NCBI GenBank assembly: GCA_041659225.1
Contig: JBAZYR010000004.1
Location: forward strand, 9,867-73,866
Source: Candidatus Staskawiczbacteria bacterium
Lineage (GTDB): Bacteria > Patescibacteriota > Minisyncoccia > Minisyncoccales > Staskawiczbacteraceae
Direction of reading: 5' to 3'
Length of the DNA: 64,000 nucleotides
Shown here: positions 36,888 to 46,801 of the stretch, in pieces
Layout: each line of letters begins with the position of its first letter
Numbering within the stretch: the stretch's first letter is position 1
Position numbers and translations under genes: made by a program
Notes under the pieces: generated by a model
The model's database searches: none
What the model was told of the DNA's origin: nothing
Seen by the model: the letters and a program-made list of their open reading frames with translations, nothing else

Positions 36888-37436
36888 ATGAGAAAATTTG
36901 TAGGAGATCATAAAGGGTTTACTCTTATCGAGCTATTGGTAGTGATTGCTATCGTTGGTATTCTCGCTGCGATTGTTTTTGCTAGTGTCAACAGTACACG
37001 AGCGAAGGCCCGGAATGCAAAACGACTTGAGGATATGCGAGCTTATGCCTTTGCCCTTAATATGGCTGTTGATAAATACGGAGGATATCCCGATCCGGGG
37101 GGTGGACGCGGCATTTGGTGGTGTTTGGGAGATTACGGAAAAAAAGGGTCTACACCTCCGGATAAGTGTTTCGGTAATAATTATTCTGAATCTGCTTATC
37201 TTAATAATATCCTTGCTGAATTTATACCGGCATTGCCCGCCACCGAATATCCTATTCCGGTAAACGGGAATCTCAATGGTTATATCTACCAATGTGTGAA
37301 TAAAGTCAATAATGTTTGCAGTATGGTAACCGTACTCTGGTTTATGGAGGGGAAAACGACGAACTGCGGTCTCGGCAGAGTTTATATAGATAGTATTCCT
37401 GGTTATACTTATTGCCAATATGACGCTTCGTTTTAA
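36888..37436 (+). CDS. Type IV pilin-like protein, paralog
   Basis: Leader MRKFVGDHKG then FTLIELLVVIAIVGILAAI. C-terminal half is unrelated to the first pilin. Confidence 0.8.
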   Translation: MRKFVGDHKGFTLIELLVVIAIVGILAAIVFASVNSTRAKARNAKRLEDMRAYAFALNMAVDKYGGYPDPGGGRGIWWCLGDYGKKGSTPPDKCFGNNYSESAYLNNILAEFIPALPATEYPIPVNGNLNGYIYQCVNKVNNVCSMVTVLWFMEGKTTNCGLGRVYIDSIPGYTYCQYDASF

Positions 37437-37485
37437 GCATTGGTATTATTTTTAAATATCGAGTAATAAAAATTAAAAGAAGAGG

Positions 37486-38706
37486 ATGAAAATTAGAAAT
37501 ATAAAAGTGAAAGGAGTAGCAGATTCTAGAGGCAATCCGACGGTTGAAGTTGGGATAGAAACAAATAAAGGAAAGTTTTCTGCGTCAGTCCCTTCGGGCG
37601 CTTCAAAAGGTAAATATGAAGCGTTAGAACTTAGAGATGCTGACGGTAAGGGAGTAAAAAAAGCGTTAGCACATGTTAAGAAAATTATTGCGCCGGCAAT
37701 AACGAATAAAGAATTTGAAAACCAGGAAGAAATTGATAAAGTTCTTATAGCTTTAGATGGAACCGAAAATAAATCTAATTTAGGAGTAAATGCTATTCTC
37801 CCGGTTTCTTTAGCTGTGTGCCGTGCCTTAGCCTCGAGTCAAGGTTTGCCCTTGTATAAGTACATTGCTCGATTGGCAAACAATAGTTCTCCTTTGGGTT
37901 TTCCGAAGCCTTGTTTTAATGTTATTAACGGTGGCGCTCATGCGAAAAACAATTTGAATATACAGGAATTTATGATAATTCCTCAGAAAGGCAGTTTCCG
38001 AGAAAACTTTAAGCTAGCGAGCGATATCTATACCTGCTTGCATGATGAGTTGCTTAAAAACTTTGGAGAAGAAGCGGTTAAAATAGGTGACGAAGGTGGA
38101 TTTATGCCGAAAGATATCAACAGCGAGAGAGCGTTATATATCTTGAATAACGCCATAAAAAACTATCCGGGTACGAAAATCGGTCTTGATTCTGCAGCCT
38201 CGCAATTTTATTCCAATAGCAGATACAATTTAGACGGGAAGGAACTGACTAGGCAAGGTTTGCTAGATTTTTACAAGGATATTATTTTTAAGTTTCCAAT
38301 TATTTTTATTGAAGATCCGTTTGGTGAAGAGGACTGGGAGGGTTTTGCGCAAATTAATAGAGAATTAGGCAATAAAATAAACATTTTCGGAGATGACTTA
38401 TTGGCAACAAATATTAAAAGAATTGCCGAGGCGGAAAATAGGAAAGCTTGCGCGGGTTTAATTTTAAAACCTAATCAAATCGGTACGGTTACTGAAACAT
38501 TAGATGCTGTAAAATTAGGGAGAGAATTCGGCTGGAAGATTCTCGTAGCTCATAGATCAGGTGAAACCTGCGACGATTTTATCGCTGATCTAGCCGTTGG
38601 CATAGGTGCTGAATTTATCAAAGCCGGTGCTCCTTTGACACCAGAACGAATGGCGAAGTATAATAGATTATTAGAGATTGAAAACGAGTTGCACCCGAGG
38701 ATTTAA
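37486..38706 (+). CDS. eno: Enolase
   Basis: SRGNPTVEV, GDDLLATN, SHRSGET motifs. 406 aa. Confidence 0.95.
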   Translation: MKIRNIKVKGVADSRGNPTVEVGIETNKGKFSASVPSGASKGKYEALELRDADGKGVKKALAHVKKIIAPAITNKEFENQEEIDKVLIALDGTENKSNLGVNAILPVSLAVCRALASSQGLPLYKYIARLANNSSPLGFPKPCFNVINGGAHAKNNLNIQEFMIIPQKGSFRENFKLASDIYTCLHDELLKNFGEEAVKIGDEGGFMPKDINSERALYILNNAIKNYPGTKIGLDSAASQFYSNSRYNLDGKELTRQGLLDFYKDIIFKFPIIFIEDPFGEEDWEGFAQINRELGNKINIFGDDLLATNIKRIAEAENRKACAGLILKPNQIGTVTETLDAVKLGREFGWKILVAHRSGETCDDFIADLAVGIGAEFIKAGAPLTPERMAKYNRLLEIENELHPRI

Positions 38707-38707
38707 T

Positions 38708-39388
38708 ATGGCAAAACTTTTTTTATTACGTCACATAAAATCTCAATGGAATAAGGAGAATAGGTTTGCCGGCTGGTCAGATGGTCCTTTGGACGAGGAC
38801 GAGTTTTACGAAGCTAAATTTTTAGCTGATAAGATTTTTAAGAAATTCAAAATAGATAAGATTTATTGTTCCCGACTTTTTCGGAATATGGACACAGTTG
38901 CCCGAATGCTCGAATACGGAACCGATAAGTATCCAATGTTTCTGCATCTTGACGGCGGACGAATGCAAAAGTGGGGGAGTTATCTTGATGGCAACGAAGC
39001 TGCGGTTCCCGTGCTGGTATCTGAAAGATTGAATGAAAGATATTATGGGAAACTGCAAGGGATGAATAAGGAAGAAGCGGCCAAAAAATATGGGGAGAAA
39101 ACGGTTCATTTATGGAGAAGAAGTTATAATGTCGCGCCACCAAAGGGGGAGAGCCTAAGAGCAGTATTTAAAAGAGTGGTTCCTTTTTATAACCAATATA
39201 TCGCGAAAGACCTAAAGAACGGAAAAAATGTTTTAGTCGTCGCAAGCCATAACTCGTTAAGGACAATTGTTAAAAATATTGAAAAGATTCCTGATAGTAA
39301 AATAATTGATCTTGAAATTCCGTATGCCGGGTTATTTAGTTATGATTTTGACCAAAGACTTAATATTAAAACAAAAATCATTCTATGA
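38708..39388 (+). CDS. gpmA: 2,3-bisphosphoglycerate-dependent phosphoglycerate mutase family protein
   Basis: LLRHIKSQWNKENRFAGWSD (RHxxSxWN). Start at the internal ATG just after the eno stop. Confidence 0.8.
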   Translation: MAKLFLLRHIKSQWNKENRFAGWSDGPLDEDEFYEAKFLADKIFKKFKIDKIYCSRLFRNMDTVARMLEYGTDKYPMFLHLDGGRMQKWGSYLDGNEAAVPVLVSERLNERYYGKLQGMNKEEAAKKYGEKTVHLWRRSYNVAPPKGESLRAVFKRVVPFYNQYIAKDLKNGKNVLVVASHNSLRTIVKNIEKIPDSKIIDLEIPYAGLFSYDFDQRLNIKTKIIL

Positions 39389-39479
39389 GAGGGAATAACT
39401 TGTTGTAATATTTTTTCCTATATAGTAAAATATCATCATAATAAATAATAATTAATAAATAATAAATATTTTTAAAGAT

Positions 39480-40535
39480 ATGTTAAAAAATATTTTCAAG
39501 AAGATCGGTAAGTTTGTAAAACACAATCTCGCTTTATCAATAATTATCGCTGTTGTGATTATAGCGATAATTGCTTTGTCAATTTATGTTTTTGCATTTA
39601 AGGGGGATATAAAAGTATTCGGCGCGCGAAACATTTCCCTTAAGGCGGCCGGAGAAAAAGTCGTTGCATATATCAACAGCGACATTTTGCAAGGCAAAGG
39701 AACCGCAACTTTAACCGAATCCTCTGAGACCAACGGGTTATATAAACTTAAACTTACATTGGGCGATGCCAGCCAAACTGCTGAAGCGTATGTCACAAAG
39801 GACGGAAAGTTTCTTTTTCCGATAATGACAGGATACCCGATAGATCTCGATGCAACAGCCGGGGATCCCGGTAATGGAAATGGTGGAACGCCCGCTACCG
39901 CATCTTGTGATAGTGTAAAAAAGGCAGATAAACCGGTGCTCGAGGCCTTTGTTGTCAGTCAATGCCCCTACGGCGTACAGATGCAAAGAGTTTTTGCTAA
40001 AGCGATTGAAGAAGCCCCGGCCCTTAAGGACAGTTTGAAGATACGATACATTGGTACAATTGAGGGTGGAAAGGTAATTGCAATGCATGGCGATGCAGAG
40101 GCTCAGGAGAATTTACGGCAGATATGTATAAGAGACGAGCAAGCAAGTAAGTACTGGAAGTATATTTCTTGCTATATGAAGGCAGGCGACGTAGAGGGTT
40201 GTTTAACCTCAACTGGAATTGATAAGAATAAGCTTGCTGGCTGTATCTCAACTGAATCCAGAGGATTGGCATATGCCAAAGAAGATTTTGATCTTACGGC
40301 GCAATACAGCATTTCCGGCTCTCCTACGATGATATTGGGGGGTGATCAAATTAGCGAATCAGGGTTTGGCGGAAGAACCGCAGATGCTGCAAAAAGCATT
40401 GTTTGCTGTGCATTTAACAGCCAACCGGATTTCTGTTCTCAAACATTGTCTCAAGACGCCGCAGCTACAAGCTTCTCTGAAAATTATTCCTCGGGATCAG
40501 GCGCACCTAACTCCGGCGCAGGTTGCGGAACGTAA
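39480..40535 (+). CDS. Membrane-anchored exported protein with thioredoxin/DsbA-like fold (CPYG motif)
   Basis: N-terminal TM anchor. VVSQCPYGVQMQ at the position where DsbA-like proteins carry CxxC. Cys-rich C-terminus. Confidence 0.4.
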   Translation: MLKNIFKKIGKFVKHNLALSIIIAVVIIAIIALSIYVFAFKGDIKVFGARNISLKAAGEKVVAYINSDILQGKGTATLTESSETNGLYKLKLTLGDASQTAEAYVTKDGKFLFPIMTGYPIDLDATAGDPGNGNGGTPATASCDSVKKADKPVLEAFVVSQCPYGVQMQRVFAKAIEEAPALKDSLKIRYIGTIEGGKVIAMHGDAEAQENLRQICIRDEQASKYWKYISCYMKAGDVEGCLTSTGIDKNKLAGCISTESRGLAYAKEDFDLTAQYSISGSPTMILGGDQISESGFGGRTADAAKSIVCCAFNSQPDFCSQTLSQDAAATSFSENYSSGSGAPNSGAGCGT

Positions 40536-40567
40536 GAAAAATAATTTCCTTTAAATATTAATTTATC

Positions 40568-40810
40568 ATGGCTTTGTCAAAAGTAAGAGTTTTTTCTACT
40601 CCGAGTTGTGTCTACTGCACCACTCTCAAGGAGTATTTGAAAAAGAATAAAATCAAGTTTGAGGATATAGATGTGTCGCAGGACGACAAAGCCTTGGATG
40701 AAATGGTAGAAAAGTCAGGCCAGATGAATGTGCCGGTAATTGATATTGACGGGACGATTATTAATGGATTCGACAAGAAAGTAATTGATGGGCTATTAAA
40801 GATTAAATAA
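40568..40810 (+). CDS. Glutaredoxin-like protein
   Basis: 80 aa with a CVYC redox motif and VPVIDIDG. Confidence 0.8.
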   Translation: MALSKVRVFSTPSCVYCTTLKEYLKKNKIKFEDIDVSQDDKALDEMVEKSGQMNVPVIDIDGTIINGFDKKVIDGLLKIK

Positions 40811-40811
40811 C

Positions 40812-41813
40812 ATGACAAAAATTGCTATTAATGGCTTTGGAAGAATTGGCAGGTCTGTCTTGAGGCGTATTTTGACTTCTCATCCGGAGCTGGAGGTTAT
40901 AGCAATAAATGACCTCACCGATACTAAAACTTTGGCTCATCTTTTTAAATACGATTCCATATATGGACGTTATGAAGGTGAAATTAGTTCCACGGAGAAT
41001 ACTTTAATTGTCAATGGAAAAGACATCAAGATTTTTGTGGAAAAGGATCCAGCTGATCTGCCCTGGAAGAAACTCGGAATCGATATTGTTTTAGAGTGTA
41101 CAGGATTGTTCACTGATATGGAGGGAGCTAAAAAGCATCTGAAAGCAGGGGCCAAACAGGTGATAATCTCAGCGCCCGCAAAAGACGCGGAAATTCCTAG
41201 CTATGTTTTAGGGGTTAACGAAGATAAGTTTGATCCCAAGAAAGATAAAATTGTTGACATGGGCTCTTGCACAACGAATTGTATAGCCCCGATTGCCAAG
41301 ATTTTAAACGATAACTTCAAGATCGTTAAAGGCTTCATGACCACGGTACATAGCTATACAAACGACCAGAGAATTTTAGATTTACCCCATAAGGATTTAA
41401 GACGAGCCAGGGCTGCTGCAATAAATATTATTCCGACCTCAACAGGTGCCGCCAAAGCCCTAGGAAAGGTTATCCCCGAGTTGAAGGGGAAACTAGATGG
41501 TATTTCTATGCGCGTGCCAACTCCGACCGTATCTAGCTTAGATTTAGTAGTTGAAGTTGAGAAACAGACAACTAAAGAAGAGGTTAACAATACCTTTAAA
41601 GAAGCTCAAAAAGGGCTAGATGGTATTTTCACGGTAACCGAGGAGGCTTTAGTATCCTCGGACTTTATCGCTGATCCGCATTCTGCAATCCTTGATTCCC
41701 AAATGACAATGGTTATCGGCAACTTGATAAAAGTTATAGGATGGTATGACAACGAATGGGGGTACGCCTGCCGGCTGGCAGATTTTGCCAAGTATGTCGG
41801 GGAGAGGATATAG
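40812..41813 (+). CDS. gap: Glyceraldehyde-3-phosphate dehydrogenase
   Basis: INGFGRIGR, SCTTNC active site, WYDNEWGY. Confidence 0.95.
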   Translation: MTKIAINGFGRIGRSVLRRILTSHPELEVIAINDLTDTKTLAHLFKYDSIYGRYEGEISSTENTLIVNGKDIKIFVEKDPADLPWKKLGIDIVLECTGLFTDMEGAKKHLKAGAKQVIISAPAKDAEIPSYVLGVNEDKFDPKKDKIVDMGSCTTNCIAPIAKILNDNFKIVKGFMTTVHSYTNDQRILDLPHKDLRRARAAAINIIPTSTGAAKALGKVIPELKGKLDGISMRVPTPTVSSLDLVVEVEKQTTKEEVNNTFKEAQKGLDGIFTVTEEALVSSDFIADPHSAILDSQMTMVIGNLIKVIGWYDNEWGYACRLADFAKYVGERI

Positions 41814-41826
41814 TAGGGTATTAGGA

Positions 41827-41855
41827 AGAACCGCGAAAGCGGTTCTTTTGTTTTA
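41827..41855 (+). terminator. Rho-independent terminator after gap
   Basis: AGAACCGC-GAAA-GCGGTTCT followed by TTTGTTTT. Confidence 0.75.
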
Positions 41856-41856
41856 T

Positions 41857-41886
41857 TTGACATAAAACAAGAATAATGCATAATAT
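41857..41886 (+). promoter_or_regulatory. Sigma70-like promoter for the 227-aa islet gene
   Basis: TTGACA, 18-nt spacer, TAATAT. Confidence 0.5.
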
Positions 41887-41951
41887 ATAGTGTTCTAGAT
41901 CGTTTACAACTGTTGAAATACTTATAGACTTTCTCGGAAGGAGATTATGCG

Positions 41952-42635
41952 ATGGAAAAAATGACTAGGGATCAGTTGGTTAATATTCTATGTATCTTAC
42001 AGCGTATGCTCTTGTGTGAAGAAGTTGGGTTTGACTACGTACCCGCTGCTGTCGCTCGTGCGATTATAAATGGAGACCACGAAAAGTTCGCTGTTAACTT
42101 CGTTGAGCTTTTAGCAGGTGGTGGAAAATTCATCCCCACCGACCTAGAAGTTCGGACGGCACCATTCGATCCCGCTGAGTTCATCGGCCCTGGCTGGACA
42201 TTGTGGAAGGGTCGTAACGGCTTAGAGGGTGAGGAAGAATGCGATGCCCAGTCACCAAACTTAGTTGCGGTTAATCTCGAAAGGTGCGATTTCCTTTCGT
42301 GTTTGGATAAGGAAGAAAGCCCGATTACTGGAGAAGTCAGACTCTCTCGCTTCCGGGCTACCGGAAGAATACTATACGGCGTTACGGTAGCCATGGGAAT
42401 ATGGCAGGATTATCAATCCTCCGAGGATAAGGAAGAAAGCATCCTCGAGAAACTATATCAGAAATATGGTATTACTCATATCGACTTCCTAGGCACGGTT
42501 CTTCGGTCCCCGGGTGGCTATCGGTACGTATTTTGTTTCTGCCGTGGTGCTGATGATCAGTGGCGTTGGGGTTGTAACGGACTCATGTGCGATTGTGCTA
42601 AACAACACCTCGCCGCGGTTTCTCAGAAAATATAG
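41952..42635 (+). CDS. Hypothetical protein, 227 aa (GC-richer islet)
   Basis: GGAAGGAGA upstream of the ATG. No family recognised. Internal 16-nt exact repeat GGATAAGGAAGAAAGC at 42305 and 42425. Confidence 0.5.
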   Translation: MEKMTRDQLVNILCILQRMLLCEEVGFDYVPAAVARAIINGDHEKFAVNFVELLAGGGKFIPTDLEVRTAPFDPAEFIGPGWTLWKGRNGLEGEEECDAQSPNLVAVNLERCDFLSCLDKEESPITGEVRLSRFRATGRILYGVTVAMGIWQDYQSSEDKEESILEKLYQKYGITHIDFLGTVLRSPGGYRYVFCFCRGADDQWRWGCNGLMCDCAKQHLAAVSQKI

Positions 42636-42671
42636 TGTCTGGTTTCAAGTATTTCGCCCGATCAATTTTAG

Positions 42672-42701
42672 CCCGTACGAGTTCTTGCGAACGGGTTTTT
42701 T
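42672..42701 (+). terminator. Hairpin terminator after the 227-aa gene
   Basis: CCCGT..CG / CG..ACGGG imperfect stem followed by TTTTTT. Confidence 0.5.
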
Positions 42702-42790
42702 AATGCACCGATATCCCCATCTATTATTGGGTTAAACATTAAACGGTTTCTACTGTTTCGTTTTGCAGATATTTCTGGTAAAATATATAT

Positions 42791-43360
42791 ATGAAGAAAA
42801 TTATTCCGGTTGAGGTTTCTGCTCGACATGTCCATTTATCCCAAAAAGATATTGAGGTCCTTTTTGGGGTAGGTTATGAATTAAAAGAAATACGCCGTTT
42901 AACTCAGTTTAGTGATTTTGCAGCAGAAGAAACCTTAAACATCCAATCAAATGGAAGAGAAATAAAGAATGTGAGGGTCGTCGGCCCTATTCGCCCCGAG
43001 ACTCAAATTGAGATATCTTTGACCGATATGGTAAATCTTGGCCTCCCAATGAACGCAGAAACCATCGGGGACTTATCGGGAAGCAACGGAATTACTCTAG
43101 TCGGTCCGAAAGGAAGTGTTTTGATTAACCGCGGTGTCATAATTGCTGGCAGGCATCTCCACTGCACCGCTGAGGAGGCAAAACGTTTACGTTTGAAAAA
43201 TGGGCAGATTATCTCGGTTGTGGTGAGAGGGCAGCGCGAGATAACTTTTCACAACATTAAAGTCAGGACAGGTGAAAAGTATAGGCTTTGTCTGCAGCTA
43301 GATACGGACGAAGGCAATGCTGTTGGAGTTAATAAACAAAGTGAAGGTGAAATAATATGA
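42791..43360 (+). CDS. pduL: Phosphate acyltransferase PduL
   Basis: VEVSARHVHLSQKD plus a second GRHLH half-site. 189 aa. Confidence 0.85.
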   Translation: MKKIIPVEVSARHVHLSQKDIEVLFGVGYELKEIRRLTQFSDFAAEETLNIQSNGREIKNVRVVGPIRPETQIEISLTDMVNLGLPMNAETIGDLSGSNGITLVGPKGSVLINRGVIIAGRHLHCTAEEAKRLRLKNGQIISVVVRGQREITFHNIKVRTGEKYRLCLQLDTDEGNAVGVNKQSEGEII

Positions 43361-44373
43361 TGCTTGTTTTAAATTGTGGCAGTCAGTCTATAAAATGGAA
43401 GTTGTTTTATCCTGATTTGAATATAAAAAAAGAGGGGCACCTTAAGATTTTAGGAAACAAAAATTTCGAGAAGGGTTTGATAGGCGAGTTGGGTAAGATA
43501 AAAAAGTTGGGGGAAGAAATTAACATCATCGGACATAGGGTTGTCCACAGCGGTGGGAAATTAAAATCACCGCTTACAATAACCAGCAAGAATTTAAAGG
43601 AGCTTGAAAAATTTAACAATCTAGCCCCTTTGCATAATCCTTTTAACATTTTAGGCATAAAGTTTTCTCAAAGTGTTTTCCCGAAAGCCAAGCAGCTCGC
43701 ATTTTTTGATACCAGTTTTTTTGCCGAGCTTCCGGAAAGAGCTTTTATATATGCTTTGCCCGAGAAACTTCAAAAAATGTATGGCATCAGGCGTTTCGGC
43801 TTTCACGGGATATCTCATGAGTTTGCCGCATCTGAGGCGGCAAAAATTACAGACAGGCCGGTCGGCGACTTGAACATCATTACCTGCCACTTAGGCGGAG
43901 GTTCTAGTATCGCGGCCATAAAGAATGGCAAGGCAATTGATACCTCAATGGGTTTTACTCCGATGGAAGGATTGGTGATGATGACGCGAGGCGGGGATAT
44001 CGATCCCGGTCTTATTTTTTATTTAAACAAGAAGGTTAAAAATCTGGAATCTGTTTTAAATTATGAATCCGGAGTTAAGGGATTATGCGGGTTGTCAGAG
44101 ATGCTAGATGTTTTGAAAGCGGTTGAGAAAGGCAGTAAAAAGGCGAAGTTAGCTTTGGATATTTTTGTCTATTCCGTCCAAAAATATATTGGGGCATACT
44201 TTGCTGTCCTTGGAAAATGCGACCTGTTAGTATTCACTGGATCGATCGGCGCAGGTTCAAAGAAAATCGTTGATATGATTTGTAACGATTTGTCCATTTT
44301 AAAAGATACTAAAGTTTTGCAAATAAAAGACAACGAGAGCTTAGCGATAGCTCAGAAAATTAAAAACCTTTAA
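43357..44373 (+). CDS. ackA: Acetate kinase (short form, 338 aa)
   Basis: VLNCGSQSIKW, HRVVHSG, FGFHGISHE. 4-nt overlap with pduL. Confidence 0.85.
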   Translation: MMLVLNCGSQSIKWKLFYPDLNIKKEGHLKILGNKNFEKGLIGELGKIKKLGEEINIIGHRVVHSGGKLKSPLTITSKNLKELEKFNNLAPLHNPFNILGIKFSQSVFPKAKQLAFFDTSFFAELPERAFIYALPEKLQKMYGIRRFGFHGISHEFAASEAAKITDRPVGDLNIITCHLGGGSSIAAIKNGKAIDTSMGFTPMEGLVMMTRGGDIDPGLIFYLNKKVKNLESVLNYESGVKGLCGLSEMLDVLKAVEKGSKKAKLALDIFVYSVQKYIGAYFAVLGKCDLLVFTGSIGAGSKKIVDMICNDLSILKDTKVLQIKDNESLAIAQKIKNL

Positions 44374-44384
44374 ATTTAATTTCT

Positions 44385-46799
44385 ATGGCAGACAAATCTC
44401 AAAGAAATATTCTATGGCTAAGCGAAATTGGCATTGAGGACGTGCCTTTGGTCGGAGGGAAGAATGCTTCTTTGGGCGAAATGTATGTTAATTTGGTGCC
44501 CAAAGGGGTGAGATTACCTGAAGGTTTTGCGATAACATCGACTGCCTATTGGAAATTTCTGAAGGCGAATGGTTTGGATAAAGTCCTGCAGGACATATTC
44601 AAGACCTTGGATCCCAAAAGCGTTAAAAGCATTCAGGAAACAGGTAAGAAATGTAGAGACGCAATTTTAACCGGTACATTTCCCGAGGATTTAAAGAAAG
44701 AAATATTGGGTGCTTACGCAAAACTAGCTCAAAAATATGGTCCGGATCCGGATGTAGCTGTTCGAACCTCCGGCGTGGCCGAAGATATGCCCAATGCGTC
44801 CTTCGCCGGACAGTTTGAAACGTATTTGAACGTAAGGGGCGATGAAGAGTTATTAAATGCAGTTAAAAAAAGTATAATCTCCACGTTTACCGATCGAGCT
44901 ATTGCTTACCGGGATGAAAAGAAAATAGGGCAGCTGGAGTTTGCACTTTCGGTGGGAGTTTTAAAAATGATTCGATCGGACTTGGCTTCGTCGGGAATAA
45001 TGTTCACATTAGATACGGAAACCGGATTCCCCGGCGTTGTGTTGATAAACTCAATATGGGGAATAGGGGAGTTGATTGTTAAAGGCAGGATTACCCCGGA
45101 CGAATTTTATGTTTTTAAGCCAACGCTGAAACAGGGTTTTAAATCTGTAATTGTAAAAAATCTCGGCAGAAAAACAATCAAGTATGTTTACGGTGCAAAA
45201 GGAGGATTAAAAGAAGAAAAAGTTAAAAAAGCCGAGCAGTTAATATTTTCCCTGAGCGAAGAAGAAGTTTTAACGCTGGCTAAATGGGCAGTTATTATCG
45301 AAGAGCACTACACGGCTAAATTCGGCAAGTGGATGCCGCAGGATATTGAATGGGCGAAGGACGGGAAAACAGGAGAGCTTTGTATCGTCCAATCGAGGCC
45401 GGAAACGGTTCATATGCCCAAAGGTGAGAAGATTATTGAAGAGTATAAAATTGAGTCTACCAAAGACCCGATTCTGTTAGGTATAGCCGTTGGGGAAAAG
45501 ATTGGCGTAGGTAACGTGCATGTAGTCAGCGATGTAAAAAATATTTCCCAGTTCAAGGCTGGGGAAATTCTAGTTACTAAAATGACAGATCCAGATTGGG
45601 TTCCTATCATGCGCCTTGCTTCTGCTATTGTCACAGATGAAGGCGGAAAGACCTGCCATGCTGCCATAGTAAGCAGAGAATTAGGAGTTCCCGCTATTGT
45701 GGGCTCACAAAAGGCAACTAAAGTTTTGAAGAACGGGCAGCTTGTTACGGTTGACTGCACACAAGGAATGAAAGGAAGGGTATTTGCAGGGAAAGTGCCA
45801 TTTACAGTTAAAACACAGAAACTATCTGAAATTCCGGAGATTAAGACGAAGATCACGATGAATATTGGTGATCCTCAGCTGGCATTTAAATCCTCGTTTT
45901 TACCAAATAGCGGCATTGGCTTAGCCAGAGAGGAATTTATCATTGCCGAGAAGATAAGAATTCACCCTATGGCCCTATATAACTACGAAAAATTAAAGGA
46001 TAAAAAACTAAAAGCAAAGATTGCCGCGATAACGGTTGAGCATAAAGATAAAAAAGAGTTTTTCATTAAAGAATTAGCCGAGGGTATTGCTCAAATTGCC
46101 TCCGCGGTTTATCCTAAAGAGACCATTGTCAGGTTTTCTGATTTTAAAACAAACGAATACAAGAATTTAGTCGGAGGCTCTTTGTACGAACAAGATGAAC
46201 CGAATCCAATGATGGGTTTCCGCGGGGCTTCGCGATATATCTCAGATAAGTATCAGCCGGCGTTTTTGATGGAGTGCGAGGCAATAAAGAGAGTAAGAGA
46301 TATTTTCGGTTTAAAGAACGTAAACGTAATGATTCCTTTCTGTCGGACTTTAGACGAAGGCCGAAAAGTAGTTTCTTTAATGGATCAGGTAGGTTTGTCT
46401 AAGGCGAAGGCTGGGGTAAAGATTTACGTAATGTGCGAAATTCCGGCTAACGTAATTTTAGCTGAGCAATTTTTAGAGATTTTTGATGGATTTAGCATTG
46501 GTAGCAATGATTTAACGCAATTAACTCTGGGATTAGATCGAGATAACGGTTCTATCGCATATATAGGGGACGAAAGAAACGCGGCCGCTTTGGATATGAT
46601 TTATGAAGCAATTAGGGTTTGCAAGGAAAAGGAAAAATACATCGGAATTTGTGGCGAGGCGCCGTCTAACTACCCTGAGTTTGCAGAATTCCTTGTAGGA
46701 GAAGAAATAGAAAGCATGTCCTTGAACCCGCAGGTAGTTTTAAAGACATATTTAATTATTGCCGAAAAAGAAAAACAATTAAAAGCGAGTAAAAAATAA
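44385..46799 (+). CDS. ppsA: Phosphoenolpyruvate synthase / PEP-utilising enzyme
   Basis: GGKNASLGEM, phosphohistidine motif GGKTCHAAIVSRELGVPAIVG, C-terminal PEP-utilising TIM barrel. 804 aa. Confidence 0.9.
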   Translation: MADKSQRNILWLSEIGIEDVPLVGGKNASLGEMYVNLVPKGVRLPEGFAITSTAYWKFLKANGLDKVLQDIFKTLDPKSVKSIQETGKKCRDAILTGTFPEDLKKEILGAYAKLAQKYGPDPDVAVRTSGVAEDMPNASFAGQFETYLNVRGDEELLNAVKKSIISTFTDRAIAYRDEKKIGQLEFALSVGVLKMIRSDLASSGIMFTLDTETGFPGVVLINSIWGIGELIVKGRITPDEFYVFKPTLKQGFKSVIVKNLGRKTIKYVYGAKGGLKEEKVKKAEQLIFSLSEEEVLTLAKWAVIIEEHYTAKFGKWMPQDIEWAKDGKTGELCIVQSRPETVHMPKGEKIIEEYKIESTKDPILLGIAVGEKIGVGNVHVVSDVKNISQFKAGEILVTKMTDPDWVPIMRLASAIVTDEGGKTCHAAIVSRELGVPAIVGSQKATKVLKNGQLVTVDCTQGMKGRVFAGKVPFTVKTQKLSEIPEIKTKITMNIGDPQLAFKSSFLPNSGIGLAREEFIIAEKIRIHPMALYNYEKLKDKKLKAKIAAITVEHKDKKEFFIKELAEGIAQIASAVYPKETIVRFSDFKTNEYKNLVGGSLYEQDEPNPMMGFRGASRYISDKYQPAFLMECEAIKRVRDIFGLKNVNVMIPFCRTLDEGRKVVSLMDQVGLSKAKAGVKIYVMCEIPANVILAEQFLEIFDGFSIGSNDLTQLTLGLDRDNGSIAYIGDERNAAALDMIYEAIRVCKEKEKYIGICGEAPSNYPEFAEFLVGEEIESMSLNPQVVLKTYLIIAEKEKQLKASKK

Positions 46800-46801
46800 T
46801 T

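Noticed and set aside
39389-39479. AT-rich (ATAA)n-like low-complexity tract, considered as a possible repeat element.
   Set aside because: It is short and non-periodic beyond ATAA/AATA motifs. It is typical AT-rich intergenic promoter sequence.
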